32,000 nt of DNA from a bacterium (lineage in GTDB: Bacteria; UBP7; UBA6624), in assembly GCA_002716355.1 (NCBI GenBank), contig PBAU01000003.1:150001-182000 (forward strand), given 5' to 3'. Below, in pieces: positions 25,431 through 32,000 of the stretch; the first letter of the stretch is position 1; each line of letters opens with the position of its first letter. Under the pieces are notes generated by a model that worked only from the letters and a program-made list of their open reading frames with translations, did no database searches and was not told the origin of the DNA. The translations under genes and the position numbers were made by a program.

Positions 25431-26158
25431 AACAATTAACAAAATCATTTGAAAAATTTTTAGATTTGAATTTCTTTATCCCAGTCTGGCTTTTAACAGC
25501 TATTCCAACCATACTTATCTATAGAGGAAGTGGAGTGAATCCAACAACAATAGCAACTCCAGCTGCACAAAAAATAATAGAGGCTGCTATCTTTAAATTC
25601 TTTAGCACCACTACAGGTATCATTACGCTTGTGTTCATCTTGCTCTGTCAGGTCTTACTCACAACAATATCTTTAAAAAAGGCAAAAAATGCTAACATAT
25701 CAGTAAAAGAATGTCTAAACCAAGCAGTAGAAGCTTTTCCTAGATTCTTTTTGACTGCTATGGTTCTCATTTTGATAGTTGGTTCCGCAATAATGATTGG
25801 CGCTGCCACTGTTGGCCTTGCCTTCATAATAATTGCCCCTGCCCTCGCGTGGTTTTCAATCTCTTCTATTTTTTGGATAGCTTCAGTGGTGGAAAACAAA
25901 AAATCCGGGTTCACACCAATTGCAGAAAGCATAAGCATTTCAAAAGGAAAGATGTGGTACATATTTTTCACCTTGACTGTAACTGGGATTTCAATCAGCA
26001 TTACACAATCTATCCTTTCCGCAATTGGATCATTGGCAAATGAAACAATGAGTATTCTTTTAGGAGCAGCAATAGGACCGTTGGGTCCTTTGGTTACAGC
26101 ACAGATGTACATTGATTTTTCAAAATCAAAAAAACAAAAAAAGGAAAAAGAGAGCTAA
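25427..26158 (+). CDS. Polytopic membrane protein of unknown function
   Basis: ORF track. About 5-6 hydrophobic helices and a K-rich C-terminus. ATGA overlap with the fumC stop. General look of DUF975/UPF0259-type membrane proteins (impression only). Confidence 0.6.
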   Translation: MKQLTKSFEKFLDLNFFIPVWLLTAIPTILIYRGSGVNPTTIATPAAQKIIEAAIFKFFSTTTGIITLVFILLCQVLLTTISLKKAKNANISVKECLNQAVEAFPRFFLTAMVLILIVGSAIMIGAATVGLAFIIIAPALAWFSISSIFWIASVVENKKSGFTPIAESISISKGKMWYIFFTLTVTGISISITQSILSAIGSLANETMSILLGAAIGPLGPLVTAQMYIDFSKSKKQKKEKES

Positions 26159-26907
26159 TCGAGCTTGCCTTTTTTCAAAATATTCACATATTTTGTTTCT
26201 GGCAACCTTTCCTTGATCTGATTATCAAAATCAAATTCAAGACATGGAATTTGAAAAAAATCTTTTGCTATTTGTAATATTTGCTTTTTTATAGACTTAG
26301 CATCTAAGCAAATGTCTAACATTTTCAAATTTGAAACATAATCTTCATGCGGTATACCTGGTCTATCAGGAGGTATTGGCAAATATCTTTTTATTTTCTC
26401 AATCGGCGTATCAATAAGCAATGTGCCATGCCAAAGAAGGGCATTGCCCCTTCTAGCCTGAGCTGTTCCTGAAACTTTTTTAAAGTCATTCGATTTTGCA
26501 GCAAGTATGTCACTTATCCTTCCAGTTGAGCTATTCAATCCATTTTGATTTAAAAAATTTTGTATTATTAATGAAAGCCATTCGAAAGACTTTTTTGGAT
26601 CAAGCGGCAGCTTCCACCTTTTTCTATCAAGCGCTATAGCTATATTAAGATTACCTCTATCGTGAAAAACGGCACCACCTCCACTGAATCTCCTGTAAAC
26701 ACCAACATTGTCCTTAATGCAGTTTTCAATATTGCAAACTTCTTCTATTTTTTGCGACTTGCCTAAAATAACAGAATCATCACCTTTCCAAAACCTCAAC
26801 CAAACATTATCTGGATTCAACTTGACGTCTTCAAGAAGAAACTCCTCAATCCTCAAATTAAGATTCTGATTTGCTGCGGAGTAATCAAGATAATTAATCT
26901 TCGACAT
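26155..26907 (-). CDS. Lipoate-protein ligase/octanoyltransferase family protein (single BPL/LPL catalytic domain)
   Basis: RRFSGGGAVFHDRGNLN and KKVSGTAQ (LplA-type motifs). I prefer Met20 (cat at 26905-26907; MSKINYLDYS... matches LplA N-termini) over the track start 26964. At about 250 aa it lacks the C-terminal accessory domain of E. coli LplA. Confidence 0.78.
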   Translation of the reverse strand: MSKINYLDYSAANQNLNLRIEEFLLEDVKLNPDNVWLRFWKGDDSVILGKSQKIEEVCNIENCIKDNVGVYRRFSGGGAVFHDRGNLNIAIALDRKRWKLPLDPKKSFEWLSLIIQNFLNQNGLNSSTGRISDILAAKSNDFKKVSGTAQARRGNALLWHGTLLIDTPIEKIKRYLPIPPDRPGIPHEDYVSNLKMLDICLDAKSIKKQILQIAKDFFQIPCLEFDFDNQIKERLPETKYVNILKKGKLD

Positions 26908-29743
26908 CAAAACTCTCAACCGGTGGGCAGGTGCAAATAAAATTCCTATCTCCAAAAGTTTCATCTATCCTGGATACAGAAGGATAAAATTTCCTCTCTT
27001 TAACCCACCCTAAAGGGAAAAAAGCTTTTTCTCTAGTGTAAGGACGATCCCAATTGGAATTCGCTATTGATGCTGCAGTATGTGGGGAGTTCTTCAAAAC
27101 ATTATTCTCCTTTGGCATGATGCCTGCATTAATTTCATCAATTTCTTTTCTTATTGAAATCAAAGCTTCTGCAAACCTGTCTAGCTCAGCTTTGTCTTCA
27201 CTTTCGGTTGGCTCAATCATCACTGTGCCTGGAACTGGGAATGAAACAGTAGGAGCATGAAAGCCATAATCCATTAATCTTTTAGCTATATCAGTTACAT
27301 TAACACCTGTGTCGTTTTCGATATCACGTAAATCAAGGATAAACTCATGTGCAACATTTCCAGTTTTTCCCTTAAAAAGAACCTTGTATGCTTTTTGAGT
27401 TTTTTTCATTAGATAGTTTGCATTGAGTATTGCCGTTTGGGTTGCTTTTTTCAAACCTGAAAAACCCATCATCCTTATGTACAAAAAAGGAATACAAAGT
27501 ATAGATGCACTTCCCCAAGGGGCAGAAGAAACCTGCTTACCCTTGTGTCCTGTTTTTATTACTGAGTGACTAGGTAAAAAAGCTTTAAGATGTTTTGCAA
27601 CGCAAATTGGACCAACCCCTGGACCACCACCACCATGCGGTATACAGAAAGTTTTATGAAGATTCAAATGACAAACATCCATTCCATAATCACCAGGCCT
27701 ACATAAACCAACTTGAGCATTCATATTTGCACCATCCATATAAACCTGACCACCAACAGAATGAATCAAATCAGCAATATCTTTAATTTTGTGCTCAAAA
27801 ACACCATGAGTTGAAGGATAGGTAACCATTAATGCTCCAATTTCATCACCATATTTTTTACATTTATCCTGAAGGTCTTCAAAATCAACATTTCCATGCT
27901 TGTCACAAGCAACTACTTTTACCTTGAAGCCCGCCATGACCGCACTGGCAGGATTTGTTCCATGAGCAGAACTAGGTATCAAGCAAACTTTCTTATGACG
28001 ATTACCATTGCTCAAATGATAATCCCTTATGCATAAAAGGCCAGCATACTCTCCCTGTGAACCAGCATTTGGCTGAAGTGAACATCCATCAAGGCCCGTC
28101 AAAGCACAAAGGTCCCTCTCAAGCCAGCAGATTAATTCTTTGTATCCTTTTGTCTGTGATTCAGGAGCAAATGGATGTATGTTTGAATTTTTAGCCAATG
28201 TTACCGGGTACATGCATGAAGTCGGATTAAGCTTCATCGTGCAGGAGCCTAAAGGTATCATTGATGAGGTAAGGCTCAAATCTTTATTTTCAAGCCTTTT
28301 TAAATATCTAAGCATATTATGCTCACTATGCAAGGTATTAAAAACAGGATTGCTTAAATAAATACTTGACCTTCCAGCAATTTCAATGCTTTTTGTCGTT
28401 GCTCTTTCAACAAAATCTTTCTTTAGGTCGTCAAAATCAGCAGATATGCCAAAAATACTTAAAACCTCATGCACATCTTTAATTTCAGTAAGTTCATCAA
28501 ATGAAATTCCAATTGCAAATTTATCAAACTTTCTAAGATTTATTTTTCGACGAGCTGCCATTTTATGAATTTTTTCTGCGTCACAATAAACCTTTAATGT
28601 GTCAAAAACAATTGAAGATTCAGTTTTAAATCCTGATTTTTTTAAATTTCCATGTAAAAGATCCATCAGGAAATGAATTTTTTTTGCAATACCCTTAAGA
28701 CCTTTTGGTCCATGGTACATTGCATATGCAGCAGAAATAACAGCCAATAAAACCTGACTTGTGCAAATATTGCTTGTGGCTCGCTCTCTCCTTATGTGCT
28801 GTTCTCTACTTTGAAGGGACAATCTGTATGCTGGACCTCCTTCAGAATCAACTGAAAGGCCAACAACTCTTCCAGGTATCTTTCTTTTATACTTTTCCCT
28901 TGTAGCAAAAAATGCAGCGTGAGGCCCTCCATAACCTAAAGGAACCCCAAATCTTTGCGCATTTCCAACAACGATGTCAACACCATAGTCAGAAGGAGGC
29001 TTGAAAAGAACAAGCGCCATTAAATCTGTTGCCACCGTGACTATACCTTTCTCAGCCTTAACAGCTTTCACTAATCCCGAACAATCTTTTAATATCGTTC
29101 CTTCAGTATCAGGAGTTTGTAAAATTAATCCAAAAACATCACCAGGGACCTCTTGGGAATCGACATCAAAACCAAACTCGTCAATCAAAATCCCTAAAGG
29201 TTCAGCTCTCGTTTTCAAAAGCTCTATTGTTTGTGGATGACATTTATCATGAACAAGATATCTTTTTTTATGTTTTTTCTTCTGAATATTAAAGCTCATT
29301 ATCATAGCTTCAGCTGCTGCAGTAGATTCATCAAGAAGAGAGGAATTGGACACCTCTAAGCCTGTTAAATCAGCAATCATGGTTTGGAAATTGAAAAGCA
29401 TCTCCAGTCTACCTTGAGAAATTTCTGCCTGATAGGGAGTGTATTGAGTGTACCAACCGGGATTCTCAAGTATATTTCTTTTAACAACATTTGGAAGGCG
29501 TGTTGCATAATAACCCATTCCTATAAAAGATTTAAAAATATTATTTTTATCTAAAATATCAAATATAAGCTTCTCTGCTTGATCTTCGCTAAAAGGATCT
29601 CCAACGTCTAAATCTTTATTTAAAAAAATAGAATCAGGAATAGCTTTTCTAGACAATTCATCCATAGATGAAAAACCTAAATATTTAAGCATTTCCTCTC
29701 TTTGAGAGTCTGTAGTTCCGATATGCCTTTCAACAAAAGCCAT
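26894..29743 (-). CDS. gcvP: Glycine dehydrogenase (decarboxylating), single-chain P protein
   Basis: 949 aa. YTQYTPYQAEISQGRLE, and the PLP-lysine region CHLNLHKTFCIPHGGGGPG. Confidence 0.96.
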   Translation of the reverse strand: MAFVERHIGTTDSQREEMLKYLGFSSMDELSRKAIPDSIFLNKDLDVGDPFSEDQAEKLIFDILDKNNIFKSFIGMGYYATRLPNVVKRNILENPGWYTQYTPYQAEISQGRLEMLFNFQTMIADLTGLEVSNSSLLDESTAAAEAMIMSFNIQKKKHKKRYLVHDKCHPQTIELLKTRAEPLGILIDEFGFDVDSQEVPGDVFGLILQTPDTEGTILKDCSGLVKAVKAEKGIVTVATDLMALVLFKPPSDYGVDIVVGNAQRFGVPLGYGGPHAAFFATREKYKRKIPGRVVGLSVDSEGGPAYRLSLQSREQHIRRERATSNICTSQVLLAVISAAYAMYHGPKGLKGIAKKIHFLMDLLHGNLKKSGFKTESSIVFDTLKVYCDAEKIHKMAARRKINLRKFDKFAIGISFDELTEIKDVHEVLSIFGISADFDDLKKDFVERATTKSIEIAGRSSIYLSNPVFNTLHSEHNMLRYLKRLENKDLSLTSSMIPLGSCTMKLNPTSCMYPVTLAKNSNIHPFAPESQTKGYKELICWLERDLCALTGLDGCSLQPNAGSQGEYAGLLCIRDYHLSNGNRHKKVCLIPSSAHGTNPASAVMAGFKVKVVACDKHGNVDFEDLQDKCKKYGDEIGALMVTYPSTHGVFEHKIKDIADLIHSVGGQVYMDGANMNAQVGLCRPGDYGMDVCHLNLHKTFCIPHGGGGPGVGPICVAKHLKAFLPSHSVIKTGHKGKQVSSAPWGSASILCIPFLYIRMMGFSGLKKATQTAILNANYLMKKTQKAYKVLFKGKTGNVAHEFILDLRDIENDTGVNVTDIAKRLMDYGFHAPTVSFPVPGTVMIEPTESEDKAELDRFAEALISIRKEIDEINAGIMPKENNVLKNSPHTAASIANSNWDRPYTREKAFFPLGWVKERKFYPSVSRIDETFGDRNFICTCPPVESFDVED

Positions 29744-30102
29744 TAATGTTCTTCTTGCTTGTGAACCTCATAAGCCGCAGAGTTCATCAAATCTTGATTT
29801 TTATCAAAACTGGAAAAAGAAATAAGCCAACCTTTATCTTCAGCAGAAGCATTTACCAACTGAGGGCTGTCTTCAAGTTCTTCATTTACATTTTCAACTA
29901 TACCAGAAACAGGAGAGTAAACAACCTCACTAGTTTTAACACTGTCTATCTCAGCAATTTCATCACCTACAGACACTTCGTCCCCTTCTTCAACAAGGAT
30001 TTCAATGTAAGTTAAATCCCCTAAAGCATTCTGCGCATGGTCAGTTATTCCTATCTTGCTAGTATCCTCATCGAACCATTCATGTGTTTTTGAATAAAGC
30101 AT
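29743..30102 (-). CDS. gcvH: Glycine cleavage system H protein
   Basis: YSKTHEWF..., and the lipoyl-lysine motif EIDSVKTSEVVYSPVSG. I prefer Met15 (cat at 30100-30102), which removes the 38-nt overlap with gcvT. TAATG overlap with the gcvP start. Confidence 0.93.
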   Translation of the reverse strand: MLYSKTHEWFDEDTSKIGITDHAQNALGDLTYIEILVEEGDEVSVGDEIAEIDSVKTSEVVYSPVSGIVENVNEELEDSPQLVNASAEDKGWLISFSSFDKNQDLMNSAAYEVHKQEEH

Positions 30103-30106
30103 AAAT

Positions 30107-31168
30107 TTATCTCCTATAAAAAGGTTTTTTGCACAATGTAGCAATCTTAAACCTTTTTCCTTTTTTAATTAAGACTTCTTTGTTGTTTTCATCAAAATCC
30201 TCCAACAAAGCCAATGCGATTGGTTTTTTTAAAGTTGGAGAATAAAGTCCACTTGTAACCTTCCCAACTAAAAGATTATCGAAATAAACACTAGAGCCTT
30301 CCCTCACTGGAACCTCAGGAAGTAAAGCAAATATTTTTCTTTTCTTTTTTTTATCAATATAAGAAAGTAATTCTTTTCTACCTGAAAAATCCCCTTTTTC
30401 AAACTTTACAGCCCAGTTGAGATTAGCTTCAATTGGATTTATGCTTAAGCTTATCTCGTGACCATGAAGAGGGTAACAAACCTCAAGCCTCAAAGCATCC
30501 CTTGCCCCCAAGCCAATAGGAGCAGCGCCGATATTTAAGAATTTTCTATAAATAGATTCTGCCTCCATTGGCCTAACAAAAATTTCAAATCCATCCTCTC
30601 CTGTGTAACCTGTTCTAGCAATCTCTACTTTAATATCGTCAATCTCACCTTTTTTAATTTTGAATTTACCTAAAGATTCAACATCGAAACCAACCTCTTT
30701 TAAGTAAAAACTGCTTTTGGGACCTTGCAATGCGATCAGGCTCCATTCATCAGTTTCATCCCTAAAAGAAACACCCTCAATCAACCTTGAAGATATCCAT
30801 TTTTTTCCTGCTTCTGTATTTGAAGCATTAACTACCAGTCTCCAATCCTCTAAACTAAGCCTGTAGACGATAAGATCGTCTATAACCCCTCCCTTTTCAT
30901 TCAACATAAGGTTGTACTGGGCCTGATTAATTTCAATTTTTCTAATATCATTTGTAAGCAATGACTGCAAAAAATCAAGTGACTTTTTTCCAGATATTAA
31001 AAATTCACCCATATGACTAACATCAAAAACGCCAGCATCCTCTCTGACTGATTTAACTTCGCTCTTGATACCTTCTTCAAACCATAAAGGCATTTCCCAA
31101 TCACCAAAGGGTCCAAATCTTGCTTTTGATTCGCAATGAACATTAAACAAAGGAGTTCTTTTTAACAT
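30107..31168 (-). CDS. gcvT: Glycine cleavage system T protein (aminomethyltransferase)
   Basis: LKRTPLFNVH..., VFDVSHMGEF, ARTGYTGEDGFEI, GLGARDALRLE. Confidence 0.93.
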   Translation of the reverse strand: MLKRTPLFNVHCESKARFGPFGDWEMPLWFEEGIKSEVKSVREDAGVFDVSHMGEFLISGKKSLDFLQSLLTNDIRKIEINQAQYNLMLNEKGGVIDDLIVYRLSLEDWRLVVNASNTEAGKKWISSRLIEGVSFRDETDEWSLIALQGPKSSFYLKEVGFDVESLGKFKIKKGEIDDIKVEIARTGYTGEDGFEIFVRPMEAESIYRKFLNIGAAPIGLGARDALRLEVCYPLHGHEISLSINPIEANLNWAVKFEKGDFSGRKELLSYIDKKKKRKIFALLPEVPVREGSSVYFDNLLVGKVTSGLYSPTLKKPIALALLEDFDENNKEVLIKKGKRFKIATLCKKPFYRR

Positions 31169-31174
31169 GTTCTA

Positions 31175-31182
31175 ATTCTAGA
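31175..31182 (-). promoter_or_regulatory. Candidate -10 box TCTAGAAT for the gcvT operon
   Basis: Minus-strand TAGAAT ends 6 nt before the gcvT ATG (31168). This geometry is expected for a leaderless transcript. Confidence 0.35.
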
Positions 31183-31189
31183 CTTAGAC

Positions 31190-31197
31190 TCTAGGAT
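31190..31197 (+). promoter_or_regulatory. Candidate -10 box TCTAGGAT for the hydrolase gene
   Basis: TAGGAT ends 6 nt before ATG 31204. Confidence 0.35.
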
Positions 31198-31203
31198 AAA
31201 GGC

Positions 31204-31926
31204 ATGAAAAAAGTTAAATGCTTGCTATTGCATGGTTCTGGAATGAGCGACAAAACTTGGTCGGCTTTAATGAGTCATTTTCCCAAAAATTGGGTAATTT
31301 TCAACCCAACCCTACCCGGCCATGGCTCTCAAGACCTGCAAGTAAAAAATCTAAAAGAGCTCAGCTTTTGGCTCAAGCAACAAATCAAGAAGAAAAAACC
31401 TGACATAGTAGCAGGCTGGTCAATGGGTTCCTTTTTACTTCAAAACACAATCAACAAATACGGAAAAATGAATATAAAAGTTGCATCCTTTATAAATGGA
31501 TCTCCAGCAGAAAAAAAATCAAAAACCTCAAAGGAGGCTCTTCAGCAAAAGCTTGACAACTATTTTTCTGATCCAATAAGGCACATCAAACCAACCTTAA
31601 ACGAAATGAAAGAACATTGGTCTCAGGATGACATAAAATCAATAATAAAATCTTGTAAAAACTCAGACAAAACCCTTTTAGAGAACCTAAGATGGGATAT
31701 GTTTGAAACAGATTTTGGGAAAATGATAAAAAACTTCCCAACACCTATACTTTTAATGCATGGAATTTATGACAAGATAAACCCTTTAAGCCAAGCTAAA
31801 TGGGTAAACAAGACTGCGAGAAAAAGCTTGCTTTTCGAATTTGAATCCAGGCATGCCCCTTTTACAAAAAACCCTCAATTGTTTGTTGAGAAAATGATTG
31901 AAGGTTACGAAAAGCTATCCTGCTGA
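31204..31926 (+). CDS. Alpha/beta-fold hydrolase (BioH-like esterase family)
   Basis: LLLHGSGMS, nucleophile elbow GWSMGS, HGIYDKI (Asp), SRHAPF (His). The BioH-like assignment is only a resemblance. Confidence 0.68.
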   Translation: MKKVKCLLLHGSGMSDKTWSALMSHFPKNWVIFNPTLPGHGSQDLQVKNLKELSFWLKQQIKKKKPDIVAGWSMGSFLLQNTINKYGKMNIKVASFINGSPAEKKSKTSKEALQQKLDNYFSDPIRHIKPTLNEMKEHWSQDDIKSIIKSCKNSDKTLLENLRWDMFETDFGKMIKNFPTPILLMHGIYDKINPLSQAKWVNKTARKSLLFEFESRHAPFTKNPQLFVEKMIEGYEKLSC

Positions 31927-32000
31927 ATCAACCTTTCTTGACTTCTCTAAAAAAAACACCTCAATGATCCAAGCAGAAAGGTCAATTTCTCCCTTCTTTT

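Noticed and set aside
25648-26112. 154-aa minus-strand ORF antisense to the 243-aa membrane protein gene
   Set aside because: The plus-strand product has regular transmembrane helix periodicity and an ATGA junction with fumC. The antisense product has no recognisable features and no start context.
31169-31203. Glycine riboswitch upstream of gcvT
   Set aside because: Only 35 bp separate gcvT from the divergent hydrolase gene, whereas a glycine riboswitch aptamer needs about 100 nt or more. No conserved aptamer-like sequence is seen.
31927-32000. Possible 3' end of a minus-strand gene at the right window edge
   Set aside because: Two minus-strand frames are open to the edge: one stops at about 31949-31951, and the other would overlap the hydrolase 3' end. 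With only about 70 nt I cannot choose a frame or a product.
1-32000. tRNA, rRNA, ncRNA genes, CRISPR arrays, IS elements, integrases, prophage remnants
   Set aside because: Every non-coding gap is 85 bp or shorter. I saw no direct-repeat arrays and no transposase-, integrase- or phage-like translations in any listed ORF.

Overview
AT-rich (high-30s % GC by eye, not computed), very gene-dense bacterial chromosomal segment. I count 28 protein-coding genes, one of them cut by the window start. There is no room for RNA genes, and I see no transposase, integrase, phage genes or CRISPR array. Content is mostly housekeeping. A long minus-strand string runs NPP-type phosphodiesterase, lepA, truB, two envelope proteins, a DUF1232 protein, yqeY and a thioredoxin-like lipoprotein. 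The next gene is a LonC-type Lon-like protease. A concentrated TCA-cycle set follows: korAB-type 2-oxoacid:ferredoxin oxidoreductase, sucCD, icd and fumC, with tyrS fused into the icd-sucCD string. The remaining genes are a class A PBP, an Mrp/ApbC-type ATPase, an SLC13 permease with RCK_C domains, a NYN protein, the glycine-cleavage operon gcvT-gcvH-gcvP plus a short lipoate-ligase-like gene, and a BioH-like hydrolase. Many neighbours overlap by 1-4 nt at stop/start (ATGA, GTGA, TTGA, TAATG), and three convergent pairs overlap at their 3' ends. I find no convincing defence island, mobile element or clearly novel multi-gene system, and I think this is an ordinary core region. The observations most worth following up are regulatory or architectural. 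(1) A T[A/C]TA[G/T][A/G]AT -10-like box recurs 6-20 nt from start codons in all five divergent intergenic regions, implying leaderless or very short-leader mRNAs. (2) A perfect 20-bp palindrome sits between the Lon-like and korA promoters. (3) The Lon-like protease has degenerate Walker motifs and a poly-lysine tail. (4) A CPBP intramembrane protease is translationally coupled to korAB. (5) The Mrp/ApbC homologue lacks the cluster-ligating CxxC. All functional calls rest on motif recognition by eye; no database search was run.
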